35,122 nt of DNA from a virus (lineage: Duplodnaviria; Caudoviricetes), in the IMG/VR virus record IMGVR_UViG_3300014656_000081, positions 1 through 35,122 of that record; one strand, given 5' to 3'. The position numbers and the translations under genes were made by a program. A model generated the notes under the pieces. It was given only the letters and a program-made list of their open reading frames with translations, searched no databases and was not told where the DNA came from. Positions 7,739 through 17,721 of the stretch are shown here, in pieces (the first letter of the stretch is position 1; each line of letters opens with the position of its first letter).

Positions 7739-9070
7739 TTACATTCCTTGCGGTAAATAGTATCCTCTCGTTTGCAATGTGAATTTATCGCTATCGCTTA
7801 CGTTTGTCTTTAAATCGATTTTTTGGCTGTCGTCCGTATTCAAGTCCACCTGAAATCTCAATCCATCCGTATCGGTTCCCAACACATGGAATATTTCGTC
7901 TCCCGCCCATGATTTGTCTTCATGCGGTCGAGCATATAAAGTTTGAATACCCGCCCCATAAGTAGATGCATACACTATAACTTTCGCCCGGGTCGCAAAT
8001 GACGGCATGGTCAGGGTCTGTTCACTCCATTGAGCATCGATATCCACGTTGTTAACGTCCACGGACGCCGCCGAATACGCAATATATTCACTACCGCCCG
8101 GAAAATAGTGATCAATAAGTTGGCTCCCGGCATCGGTCCTCACTGCCAGAATACATCGGTCACCGGTCTGTGTGGGGTGGTATAGACCCAGTTTAGAATC
8201 CACCCACTCGGGCTCTGTCGTATCCGGGCTCAGATCCGCCTTGGTAATAATGATATCCCCGCCCGCGACGACAGCCGCATCATTTATGTAAACATAGTAC
8301 CAATCGGATGCCGCTAAAGAAGAAAAAGTCAGATAAATCTTATCGGTCGAATAGACTAATTGATTAGTGGTTCCTGAATGATGCCATGCTCCGGGATAAA
8401 TAACGATAGTATCCTGAAGAACCGTGCCGTTTACGTCTGCTGCCCCTGCCGTGCTGCCGGTTATTGCCTGATTATTCAACCATTGGCCGGCATCGTCTTT
8501 TTCGATAAAAAGAGTTCCCTGCGTAGTGCTGCCGGATACCGCAAACACATAACCTATCCCTCCTCCGGTATTGACTTCAGCCCTTTCGCCCGCCACGAAA
8601 GCCCCTGTACCCCCGTCATAAGGCACTCTTAAAAGAACTTTGAATTTAGATCTTGAAGTTGCCCCGGATATGACTTTCGAATCCGCATAGGCTTTAATTG
8701 ACTGCTGGGTCGCCAATGCCGTTGCGCTTGATTCGGTCATGGCGTCTGTGTCGTAAATCCTGTATTGAGTCGGAGCGTCTGTGTCTCTCCCGACCAAAAC
8801 ACATGAAGTCGAGATATGATCAAGGCTCGTTCCGCCCGATTTTACATGCACTAAATCCGTTGCCGTACCGTTAGGATAGCGATTGACATAGGTGATCAGA
8901 TCCACAAAATCGGTTTCAAGCCACAGTATAGCCTGCTTGACGGTCTGCTGGCGGGGTGAATCGATGATATTGTAGGTGCGGGTGAACGCCCCCCAGACAG
9001 TGAGCGTGGAAGCGATAAAAATTAGCCACAATACGGCTGCGATTATTTTGGAGCTTAGGAATCGTTTCAT
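7739..9070 (-). CDS. tail fibre/spike protein with signal peptide
   Basis: SSATALATQQSIKAYAD fibre motif; Gly/Thr-rich; N-terminal hydrophobic signal ending VWGA. Confidence 0.65.
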   Translation of the reverse strand: MKRFLSSKIIAAVLWLIFIASTLTVWGAFTRTYNIIDSPRQQTVKQAILWLETDFVDLITYVNRYPNGTATDLVHVKSGGTSLDHISTSCVLVGRDTDAPTQYRIYDTDAMTESSATALATQQSIKAYADSKVISGATSRSKFKVLLRVPYDGGTGAFVAGERAEVNTGGGIGYVFAVSGSTTQGTLFIEKDDAGQWLNNQAITGSTAGAADVNGTVLQDTIVIYPGAWHHSGTTNQLVYSTDKIYLTFSSLAASDWYYVYINDAAVVAGGDIIITKADLSPDTTEPEWVDSKLGLYHPTQTGDRCILAVRTDAGSQLIDHYFPGGSEYIAYSAASVDVNNVDIDAQWSEQTLTMPSFATRAKVIVYASTYGAGIQTLYARPHEDKSWAGDEIFHVLGTDTDGLRFQVDLNTDDSQKIDLKTNVSDSDKFTLQTRGYYLPQGM

Positions 9071-9082
9071 GCAAAAGGTTCC

Positions 9083-11719
9083 TTATTCGTTAAAATTAAA
9101 GGCGTAATTATTAAGCATGTGTCGCATAAAGCGCGACATTGTCCTGGCCCTGTTCGCCTTGTTGTCGGGTCGCAAAAACTCGATTGCCAGCCGGGGGTCA
9201 AGCATGGCATCCGAAATAAGCGTTTCCGCCATCTCCTGGGGATCTTTCCCAACAGTCTTTTGTATCCACCCGGAGATCGCCATAATTCCGCGCCCGCGCA
9301 CAAGCCCATACCACGAAGACAGGATAATCCTCGCCCTTTTCACCGTCTCCTGGATAGGCGCGGTAGGAGAACCCGCCGTCATTTGCTTATTGATCCTGTC
9401 TTCGATTTGAAGTTGCTTGTTCAGTGACTCAAGGACTTTCATTTCGGTAGAGCCGTAAAGTTTGCTTAACGCCCCCCTGGTTTTTTTGTCCTCCATCATC
9501 TTAGCGAGCCGTGAACGTATAATCTCAAGGCTTCCGGCGACCTCTCTGGTCCCCCTGACACCTGCAAGGCTGTCTATATGGTTTGATAGCGCTTGCCTAA
9601 GTCCTCTCATAGCGTCACCTGTAGGGTCTTGCTTGGCAAGTTGAGCCAATTTGCCGAAAGTCGCTTCAAGCTCACTCGAATTTAACGCCTGTTTAATAGC
9701 ATTTTCCGGGTCTCTATTAACAAAATACCTGGCAGCAGACAGGTTGGCTTCTTTTTGTGTCGCCATTACCCCTTTCTTGGCAGCCTCTACGGAAGCCGCA
9801 AAAAGACCTTGGGCCTCTAACCCTTTTTGTATGTTATTCCGAAACTCCAGGATTTCGTTCTTTATACTTGGAAACCGGTCTATGGTTTCCCTGACTTCTC
9901 TTTTGTTTAGATAATTGTCAAGCCGGGTCAAAGAAGTCTTCCCGGCACTTCCCCTCATCAGATCCGCCACATCGCCTATTATATGCGTCCTGACCGCGCC
10001 CATAGTGGTTGAAGGGTCTTGTGAACCCCTGATAATGTTTCTTAGTTGATTTGCCGATTCTTGTGCCCCGGAAGATATGCCCAAAAACCTTTTGCCGGTC
10101 GCGCTCGGGGGCCACGGCTCGCCCCTGCGAATAGCCTGCCGAAACTTACCGGCCACTCCTTCTTTAAACTTCGGCACAAACTCGTTTTTAAAATAATCTA
10201 ATGCTTCATACGCTCTTTGTGCGTCCGGGCCGCCCCTTGCCGCAAGTTTTTCCGTTTCTTCTTCAACCGTTGCCTTAAATCCCACAAGCCTTTCTACGAG
10301 CCCACCTTCTTCTTGTCTTCTCGCACGGGCGATAGCCGCAGAAAGATCCGGCCTCAAGTCCTGTAATGCGCCATACGTCAAAGGTCTTTCGGCAACGCTT
10401 TTTTGGGGGGGTTTTAATATCCTGAATATTCTCGATTTCAATCCTTTATCTATTTTGGACGGCACGGAATCAAGAGGGCTTTGTTTTCCCACAAGAACTT
10501 GATACGCTTCCCTAAGATCGTCTTTTGGAATTTCAACCGAATTTGTAGGGTCTATTTCTTTAAACAGTCGGTTTTTAGTGCGGGTCATTCGTTCCAGCTC
10601 TTCGCGTAACGATTCGTCAATTATGGCACTTGCCTCCGCCTGGCCCCCTCCTTGTTTGACAAACCCGTTTATAAGGTTGTCCGTTTCGTCCTCTGCACCT
10701 TTCAGGGTGCTTTCGGCAAGTTCTTGCGCGTTAGCGGCCCCGGTTAATTTCGCGTTTAAATAATTCTCGAAATATTCCTTAGCCTTTGTGGGGTCTCCAC
10801 CGTGGCGTTGTGTTATCTCTTCAAGTGCGTTACTTACAGAACGCATATTCAATTCTTTTCTTTCCACAAAAATAGGGGATTGTTTATCCTTTGTGCCGAT
10901 GCCTTTTTCAAGTGCGGTTAAGCCGTAATCGCCGGAAGCAACTCCTGAAGTCGGTTTATATCCCGGCACGTACTCGCGCCTTAGCACTTCTTTTAGTTCC
11001 GCTATGGCGGCCTCAGGGTCCAATGCAGCACTTCTAAACGCCCCCCGCGCAGCTTCTTCCGCTACTTTGGAAGGATGAAAGATGTTTTTGGCCAATCCGT
11101 ACCCGAACTTTACAGTACCGCCGACAGCACCCAACCCTCCACTGAAAGCAATGTCGGTTGCCCCGGCGAATGCTCTTTTTTTGACACTTCCGGGTGTTGC
11201 GATAAAGTCCGCAAGGCCCCCTCCCAACAGATCGGCCCCGACTCTAATCGCCCACATACTGCCCCTTGTAATCCCGGTAGCCAGTCTCACGGCTGCCGAT
11301 GCCGGTATTCCGTAATGGACAAGGGTCTGTAACAAATCTTCCGCTTTTGTTTTTGGCGGTATTCGGGGAATTAGTTTACTGACGAAATCAGATACTTCTT
11401 GTGAACTTTCTTTTTCGTATCCAAGCGCAGCACCGACATCAAACGGCAGAGTCGCCGTTCCTCTAACGAGGTTCAAAAGACCGCCTCCAACCACCCTTGC
11501 TACAGAATCGGCAATATCGAAATGTTCCATCCCCGGAATGGCTTGTGTTCTTATGTCCGGTTTCGGCCACGTTCCGGTTACGCCCGCACCCCGGAATCCC
11601 ACACGTTCAACGGGCTTGGGAATGCTCTCTACGTCCTCCCATTCGGACGAAGATGAACTTTCCATGTCCTCGACAATTTCCCACTCGTCAGTATTCAAGA
11701 GGTTGGATCGTTCCATCAC
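9083..11719 (-). CDS. large internal virion/ejection protein
   Basis: 878 aa, Ala/Gly/charged helical composition; position after nozzle and smaller ejection genes in a podovirus layout. Confidence 0.6.
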   Translation of the reverse strand: MMERSNLLNTDEWEIVEDMESSSSSEWEDVESIPKPVERVGFRGAGVTGTWPKPDIRTQAIPGMEHFDIADSVARVVGGGLLNLVRGTATLPFDVGAALGYEKESSQEVSDFVSKLIPRIPPKTKAEDLLQTLVHYGIPASAAVRLATGITRGSMWAIRVGADLLGGGLADFIATPGSVKKRAFAGATDIAFSGGLGAVGGTVKFGYGLAKNIFHPSKVAEEAARGAFRSAALDPEAAIAELKEVLRREYVPGYKPTSGVASGDYGLTALEKGIGTKDKQSPIFVERKELNMRSVSNALEEITQRHGGDPTKAKEYFENYLNAKLTGAANAQELAESTLKGAEDETDNLINGFVKQGGGQAEASAIIDESLREELERMTRTKNRLFKEIDPTNSVEIPKDDLREAYQVLVGKQSPLDSVPSKIDKGLKSRIFRILKPPQKSVAERPLTYGALQDLRPDLSAAIARARRQEEGGLVERLVGFKATVEEETEKLAARGGPDAQRAYEALDYFKNEFVPKFKEGVAGKFRQAIRRGEPWPPSATGKRFLGISSGAQESANQLRNIIRGSQDPSTTMGAVRTHIIGDVADLMRGSAGKTSLTRLDNYLNKREVRETIDRFPSIKNEILEFRNNIQKGLEAQGLFAASVEAAKKGVMATQKEANLSAARYFVNRDPENAIKQALNSSELEATFGKLAQLAKQDPTGDAMRGLRQALSNHIDSLAGVRGTREVAGSLEIIRSRLAKMMEDKKTRGALSKLYGSTEMKVLESLNKQLQIEDRINKQMTAGSPTAPIQETVKRARIILSSWYGLVRGRGIMAISGWIQKTVGKDPQEMAETLISDAMLDPRLAIEFLRPDNKANRARTMSRFMRHMLNNYAFNFNE

Positions 11720-12860
11720 TAAACCTTATTCCTGTTTTTCCAGTTTTTTTGTGTTTGACAATACTTTCTATGTATGGCTTTCCCATCTGTACGGCAAAAT
11801 CGTTATATTCCTGCATAGATCGGCGCTTTATGGATTTCAAGACGGTTTTTAATTGTTCCGGGGAGCCGGATTTCGCTCCTATTTGAGACAGGGCGTTTTT
11901 AATATCGTAATCCGATAATCGTCCTTCCGGGTCTTGTTGCCGCGCAACAATATAGGCCAATTTGACTAATGAGCTTTTTATCTCTGCGCTTGCCGTTGCG
12001 CCTTCTTTAAACTCGGACCAATCGTAAGTGTCCGGATTTAATAATACGTTCTCGGAAACGATCCTTCCCTTAACAACGGCCTGTCCCCGGGTAAATTTAT
12101 TGGCGACGCCTTTCAACTGACTGGAAACAGAATCGATGAATCTTTGGGCCGCACCGGTAGCACCGATCAAGGTCGCATCTTTTCCTACCATAGAGGAGAT
12201 CTCGTCCGTCATTCTTACGATCCTGCGCGTGTTCAATCCTTGATTGATCAAGTCGCGGACTAAAGTTTCATCTGTTGTGACATCTATTTTTGTTTCAGGT
12301 CTGCCATATTTTTTGAATTCAATAACTTTCTGAATATATTCCGGTGTTCCTCTAAGCTCAGGAACTTCCTTGCCATAAACTTGAGATTCAAAAGTTCTTA
12401 CTGCAGCAGGTGTTGCCACCGGCTTCATTTTTGACCGTGCAAGCTCTATCTCAGAAGGCAATTTCGCTTGCGCGATAGCCCCGGCTTTTCTTGCTTCTGT
12501 ACCTATCGGGTCCATCAGTCCTTGAGGCCCACCTGCCGACATGATTTTAAATTGAAGGTCGGGATCTAGCCGTCCATAAGAACTCATTAACCGGCTTTCA
12601 GGATTCATACTCGATGACTGCATTAATTTATTAACGGGATAATCAGCACCACTTTCCATTTGTTGGCTCATCAATGCCCGATTAAATTCTTGAGCTGCTC
12701 CCCGTTCTTTTTCAGCCAATTCCGCCTTTTTTATTTGGAGATCATATAGTTTGAGTTGCTTTTTTACGGCCTCCCGCTTTTCCTTGTTCTGTATCTGAGG
12801 CCAAAAGCTCTGATTAAACCCCTGCATTAATCCCGCACCAAAATTACCCCAATTCGGCAT
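11688..12860 (-). CDS. internal virion/ejection protein
   Basis: AAGGAG RBS before MPNWGNFGAGLMQGF; helical composition; synteny. Confidence 0.6.
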   Translation of the reverse strand: MPNWGNFGAGLMQGFNQSFWPQIQNKEKREAVKKQLKLYDLQIKKAELAEKERGAAQEFNRALMSQQMESGADYPVNKLMQSSSMNPESRLMSSYGRLDPDLQFKIMSAGGPQGLMDPIGTEARKAGAIAQAKLPSEIELARSKMKPVATPAAVRTFESQVYGKEVPELRGTPEYIQKVIEFKKYGRPETKIDVTTDETLVRDLINQGLNTRRIVRMTDEISSMVGKDATLIGATGAAQRFIDSVSSQLKGVANKFTRGQAVVKGRIVSENVLLNPDTYDWSEFKEGATASAEIKSSLVKLAYIVARQQDPEGRLSDYDIKNALSQIGAKSGSPEQLKTVLKSIKRRSMQEYNDFAVQMGKPYIESIVKHKKTGKTGIRFSDGTIQPLEY

Positions 12861-12871
12861 TTTCCATCTCC

Positions 12872-13993
12872 TTAAAATGGCCACCAACTACCCGTAGAGC
12901 CAACTGCCCCAAGATATCCGCCTGCAAGCCCGCCAAGACCCAATCCCAAGCCTTGCCACATGTTGCCTTGCTGCTGTTGGGCTCCGGTATATCCGGGCAT
13001 ACCCATACCGCCTCCGGCAAGGAGGTTTTGATAAATCTGTTGATTCATTGCCTGCTGCCAGTTGGATACATCCAGGCCATGACCATACTGTCCCATCAGT
13101 TGTTGATTTTGAGCCTGCCTTGCACGTTCCGCCTGCTCGTCTTGCCAAGCTGCCGTAGTCAATCCTGATTGCCATAGGTTCTGAGCCTGCTGTGCTCCCA
13201 AGGTAGCCCCGAACTGCCCCTGCTGATTTGCAAGACTAGCCCCGAATTGAGCTTGATTGATGGCATTAGCCGTATTCGCCTGGTTCCAAACGTTTTCTTG
13301 CCGTGCGAGCTCATCCTGTCTCTGGGCCTCTGACATGCCTGCTTGCCAAAGATTCTGCGCTTTGCCCATCTCGGCGCCGTATCGTGCCTGACCCCATGCG
13401 TTTTGGTTCTGTCTTTCGGCCATTCTCAACTGATCGGCTCGGGCTTGCTCCTGGGTTTGCAGTCCGTATCGTTGCATCCGGGCTTGGTTCATAATGTCGG
13501 CTTCGGTTGCCGCCTGATTCGCTATGCTTGCCGCATCTATTGACGATCCGTATAGCCCACCACCCCCCAACCGGGATTGTTCGCCGGCATATCTTTCTTG
13601 CGCTGCCCCTAAAGCAGGCTCCGCAATCGATCTTTCAAGAGCTCCGTAATCCCCCCCTGAAAGGGTCTGCACCAATTGTTTTGTTCCGGCATACTCCGGG
13701 AATTTTATACCGCCCATCAAGCCATACAATGATGGCACATTGCCTTGTGTGCGAGTGAATCCCGGCATTCCGACACCCTGGTATCCTGCGCTTGGAGTGT
13801 AACCGACCGGCTGATATCCCGGAGGAGCCGCTGCCTGAGCAGGCATCGTCAAAGACGGGTAATCGGGGTAATCGTATCCCTGCTGTCCCGATTGTTGCAG
13901 CCATCCCTGAGCCTGGCCACCGACCCATTTTGCAAAATCTTCCGGCCTGATGTTTGAACTGCCGAAATTGAACCACGGATTATAAGTTGGCAT
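12872..13993 (-). CDS. Gln/Gly/Ala-rich ejection (pilot) protein
   Basis: GGLYGSS motif, Q-rich coiled coil, Gly-rich hydrophobic C-terminus. Confidence 0.6.
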   Translation of the reverse strand: MPTYNPWFNFGSSNIRPEDFAKWVGGQAQGWLQQSGQQGYDYPDYPSLTMPAQAAAPPGYQPVGYTPSAGYQGVGMPGFTRTQGNVPSLYGLMGGIKFPEYAGTKQLVQTLSGGDYGALERSIAEPALGAAQERYAGEQSRLGGGGLYGSSIDAASIANQAATEADIMNQARMQRYGLQTQEQARADQLRMAERQNQNAWGQARYGAEMGKAQNLWQAGMSEAQRQDELARQENVWNQANTANAINQAQFGASLANQQGQFGATLGAQQAQNLWQSGLTTAAWQDEQAERARQAQNQQLMGQYGHGLDVSNWQQAMNQQIYQNLLAGGGMGMPGYTGAQQQQGNMWQGLGLGLGGLAGGYLGAVGSTGSWWPF

Positions 13994-14003
13994 TTTTAAA
14001 TCC

Positions 14004-14033
14004 TTGACAATTTAGATTCCGGTTGTGTATAAT
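14004..14033 (+). promoter_or_regulatory. sigma70 promoter, antisense to the late operon
   Basis: TTGACA-N18-TATAAT followed by AGGAGG and ATG at 14056. Confidence 0.8.
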
Positions 14034-14055
14034 ATTCAAAAAAAGGAGGTTGGTT

Positions 14056-14238
14056 ATGAAACGATTCATTATCATTTTATTGATTCTATCTTTTATTTCC
14101 TGCCAAACTGCAAATACACAGCTAAAAAGTGAGGCCCCAATTGAACCGCCGGAGCAAATAAATACAGATGGTATGGCTATGATTACGAATTTTATGATTG
14201 AAATACTAAAAGTTGTTAATATCATATCAATACCATGA
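14056..14238 (+). CDS. small lipoprotein moron (60 aa)
   Basis: MKRFIIILLILSFISC lipobox-like signal; own promoter and RBS; AT-rich. Confidence 0.65.
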   Translation: MKRFIIILLILSFISCQTANTQLKSEAPIEPPEQINTDGMAMITNFMIEILKVVNIISIP

Positions 14239-14919
14239 GAAATAATTAGATAATCCAGGCCCCATCAATTCTTCGGTAAGATCTCTTGACATAATATTAC
14301 TGGGAGTAAACGCTTGTTCATAATCATTGAAATAGTTTTCCAGACTTACCGGATTTGGGCTAAAATCATATGTCCCCATAATTTGATCGATTTCTTCTTG
14401 CGAGTATCCGGCTCCTCGTAAATCATTTGATAGTTCTCTTTCTGCCGCTCTTGTGGTAGAAATTTGCCCTGCTAAGGTTTTCGCCTGATTCTGTCTAAGA
14501 CCATGAGTCAAAAACCCGAGACTCATTAAAGTGCTTGCCGGCTGAGGAGTTAAAAGTCCAATTGGTGTCCCGACAACAGCTCCCCAAACTTTATCCCAGA
14601 AAGATTCTTTTGCTTTCGGAAAAGATAATTCCTTATATTTTTCTTTTAATGCTTTAAGAAGACTGTCTCTTTGAGACGGATTCGCATCTGCGAGTAATCC
14701 GCGCATCAACCCCATGTGATATCCTTTGGTTTCAAGAACATTACTCAAGGGATTTACTCGATATCCTTCTCCCCAATTAGCTGCGGCAAAAGGATTCGCG
14801 CCAGGGTAATCAAACTCATCGATCCCCAGAAAATCGCCATAGCCGGTGTAAGAACCACCATAATCCAATCCCGGACCGACATCCGGTTCGCCCCATCCGA
14901 AATCATCATCATCAATCAT
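14227..14919 (-). CDS. internal virion protein (putative)
   Basis: Coupled to the upstream nozzle gene (TAATG overlap); D/G-rich N-terminus. Confidence 0.55.
   Translation of the reverse strand: MIDDDDFGWGEPDVGPGLDYGGSYTGYGDFLGIDEFDYPGANPFAAANWGEGYRVNPLSNVLETKGYHMGLMRGLLADANPSQRDSLLKALKEKYKELSFPKAKESFWDKVWGAVVGTPIGLLTPQPASTLMSLGFLTHGLRQNQAKTLAGQISTTRAAERELSNDLRGAGYSQEEIDQIMGTYDFSPNPVSLENYFNDYEQAFTPSNIMSRDLTEELMGPGLSNYFSWY
14348..14428 (-). repeat. 81-bp dispersed repeat, copy 2
   Basis: Reverse complement of 1619-1699 with one mismatch. Confidence 0.95.
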
Positions 14920-16745
14920 TATGCTTCTCCCAACACAGCGATATCAGCTCGTACCCGGCTGAGAATAAATCTGCCGGTTCCAATCCCCCGGAACGTAATA
15001 TTAGGCAATCGTACTTTCACCCGGGATATGAATTTTCTGCCTTTCTCGGCAAGTTGTACCAAATCCTGGTCCGGGTATGCCGCGATATCCGTTGATAACC
15101 CTCCTAAATCGTCCGTAGCATCGTATAAATCCTGGCTTGTCCCGGTAGTGGTGATTGTTTCAGTGCCTGCCGTTCTTATCGTTGCGCTTTCATTGCAGCG
15201 GTAAGACAAGATTATAGATCCGTCCGTGATCGGCTCGTAATAGATCTCGGCGCGCTTAACTAATCCTTCATGACCGAAATCAAAGTTTTTCGTTAGCCAT
15301 TCGGTATCTATCGGGGAATTGAAATATAATGCGATACTCGTTTCGTTGGTCGTCAATGCTTCCGAAACCGTGATAACTGTATTTGATAATGCTGCAATAG
15401 TATATGTGCCGTCATTTCCGGCCCCGCTGCCATAAATCGATACCTTCCCGCCTCGTTTGAAGCCGTGGAGAGAAAACGGACTTCCCGAATCCGCCGTGAT
15501 GGTCTTTGCTGCTGCATTAATGGTGCAGACGTGCGTGCTGAATACCAGGGCGTCTTCCGGCTGGGTCTCGTTGCCGATTTTATAGAGCATGCCGTCACTA
15601 CCGCCCAGATAGATCACATTATCGGCCTGACATAATGCAGACCATCTAATTGATCCCAACCCTATGGAAGTCCATCCGCCTGTCGTCTCTTCGTTCCGAT
15701 CTTTTAGCCATGGATGATATAGATATGCTTCGGCATTATCTTTTTGAAATATGGCGATAGTCCCCCATTCGGGAACATAGACCAATCCATAATATCGGGG
15801 GATAACCTTTTCTTCGAGTACGGAAGTTATTCGGGCTCCCACACGTCGATTAACAAGATCTCCATAAGCGGCAGTGGATTCCAGTCGAGAAAACCCCTCA
15901 TCCGACAGGTAATAGATCGTATCATCTGCGGATATCAGGCATTTCTCGTTCTTGGCTCCTGTAGTCGGGAAAAGAGGTTCAACCGCCCATTGCTGACTAG
16001 TGCCGCTATAAGCATCATCCGAAGTCTGAATACGATAGGTCTTACGCGCCCTCGAAGTTGTGCCGGTGATGCTTCTTTTAGAAACGACTACATCGTCATA
16101 CGGCCCGGAGGCAAGTCCCCGGACTTCCAAGCCGTCCTTGTATCCGGCCCTTACAAGTACCGCTCCGCCCACTGAGGTATAAGTCCATCCGGTCTCATCT
16201 TCGACTTTAGAGAAACAAACCGCATCCAAGTATCCGGAAGCAAGGGAATTGCACACTACTCTATTATTGTGCTCAATAACGATAGTCGGATTCCCCGGGG
16301 ACCCGGTCACATACCCATAGGTGGTGCCATCCCATGATCTTAATCCCGCATCGGCATTGTCCGCAACAAGCAACTTGCCGTTGAAAGTTATCATAGTGGG
16401 CTCAACATCCGCCGTGATATCACCTATTTCCGTCCAGGTATCGGTTGTGCTCAAATAGTATAATTTGTTGTTGGCGGCACACACGACATACGCAGTTGAA
16501 GCATTCACAACATAATAATGAAGGGCAACTATCGGACCCCCTAATTTCTGGGCTAAGGCTAATGCCACCCGGATCGCCGGCCTGACAATCGGCACATCCG
16601 TATTGATCCGATAAATGAAATTATGAAGTCTCGGGGATTCTTGATCCGATATGGAATGATTCGGCTCTGCCTGATTCGCGCCGAGAGAAAACCGGATATC
16701 TATGGGAACTGTGCGCCCGGGATGTCGTGTTGAATGTCTGGGCAT
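14919..16745 (-). CDS. tail nozzle/DNA-stabilisation protein (P22 gp10 / T7 gp12-like)
   Basis: 608 aa beta-rich; HNNRVV and IYYLSDEGFSRL motifs; downstream of the adaptor. Confidence 0.65.
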   Translation of the reverse strand: MPRHSTRHPGRTVPIDIRFSLGANQAEPNHSISDQESPRLHNFIYRINTDVPIVRPAIRVALALAQKLGGPIVALHYYVVNASTAYVVCAANNKLYYLSTTDTWTEIGDITADVEPTMITFNGKLLVADNADAGLRSWDGTTYGYVTGSPGNPTIVIEHNNRVVCNSLASGYLDAVCFSKVEDETGWTYTSVGGAVLVRAGYKDGLEVRGLASGPYDDVVVSKRSITGTTSRARKTYRIQTSDDAYSGTSQQWAVEPLFPTTGAKNEKCLISADDTIYYLSDEGFSRLESTAAYGDLVNRRVGARITSVLEEKVIPRYYGLVYVPEWGTIAIFQKDNAEAYLYHPWLKDRNEETTGGWTSIGLGSIRWSALCQADNVIYLGGSDGMLYKIGNETQPEDALVFSTHVCTINAAAKTITADSGSPFSLHGFKRGGKVSIYGSGAGNDGTYTIAALSNTVITVSEALTTNETSIALYFNSPIDTEWLTKNFDFGHEGLVKRAEIYYEPITDGSIILSYRCNESATIRTAGTETITTTGTSQDLYDATDDLGGLSTDIAAYPDQDLVQLAEKGRKFISRVKVRLPNITFRGIGTGRFILSRVRADIAVLGEA

Positions 16746-16961
16746 TTATCGAGCCTTCTTCCCGCCCTTCCTGCGTTTCTTGCTCTTCTTGCTTTTACAC
16801 GGCATAAGAACTTTTTCCTTTAAAATAAAAACAGGTTCATCTAAACTTATATCCTTGTCAGGGAAAATTCCCCACGGCCAATATTCAAAAGCATCCGATT
16901 CAACTGGTCTTATAGTCGGGATCGGATGGCAAGGGCCTTGAAACATTATATATTTCTCCAT
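16746..16961 (-). CDS. hypothetical protein with basic C-terminal tail
   Basis: ORF abuts the nozzle start; ends KSKKSKKRRKGGKKAR. Confidence 0.45.
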   Translation of the reverse strand: MEKYIMFQGPCHPIPTIRPVESDAFEYWPWGIFPDKDISLDEPVFILKEKVLMPCKSKKSKKRRKGGKKAR

Positions 16962-17058
16962 ATTTTTTTGTCGCTAAATTAAAGGCTGATATCGGTTCAA
17001 AGTCCTTTTTGAGGTATTCTTCAAAATAATCCATTAACCATTTTGCTCTATCATCCAT

Positions 17059-17721
17059 TTAAAACCTCCTTGGCCTGACAAACGGCACAACCCCGGGATT
17101 CATATAATTCCAGCGTCGCCATTTGTTTAAGCGGTTTTGTTGGATTTCACTCATAAGCATATTATCGAATTGTGTAATATCGTACTCGTCGTTTGCTCGT
17201 AATCGATTCACCATGTATTCAATGATGATTTCATCCACCCTACCGGACCATGGCATGGTCGTTCCAGTCGTATAAGCGGAAACAGCAATTTCCGGCCAAT
17301 ACCACAAAGCCATTGTAACCACACTCGTTGGAGTGCCTTTTATGGCAATATCCTCGTCCTCGTCTATCATCCAAACCGACATTTGGCTGATGAGATTAAG
17401 TTGCTCCCACTGGTCGAAATCGATCTTATCAAGTCTCTTATAAGTATCAGTCCTGTAAAGCCCGCCATCCACACCGTAATCCACAGGAAGTACGTCGTAT
17501 GTTGGAGTATTCGCCACTGTCGCAAATGTTGTCCGTTTCATTGCAAAAGCTATATTGTGGCGATAAAGAATGTCGGATGTCCGCGTGATACAGCGTTTAA
17601 CCATAGGCAGTAAGTGTAGAGAATCGTCCCATCGAGGAGTGATTGTATTCCCGCCGGAGTCGGTGATATTATCATCAAGCTCCGCCCTGATTGCAGTTAT
17701 TATGTTTGCGATTGTGGACAT
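17059..17721 (-). CDS. head-tail adaptor protein
   Basis: MSTIANIITAIRAELDD start, TYDVLPVDY motif, 220 aa, synteny. Confidence 0.65.
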   Translation of the reverse strand: MSTIANIITAIRAELDDNITDSGGNTITPRWDDSLHLLPMVKRCITRTSDILYRHNIAFAMKRTTFATVANTPTYDVLPVDYGVDGGLYRTDTYKRLDKIDFDQWEQLNLISQMSVWMIDEDEDIAIKGTPTSVVTMALWYWPEIAVSAYTTGTTMPWSGRVDEIIIEYMVNRLRANDEYDITQFDNMLMSEIQQNRLNKWRRWNYMNPGVVPFVRPRRF

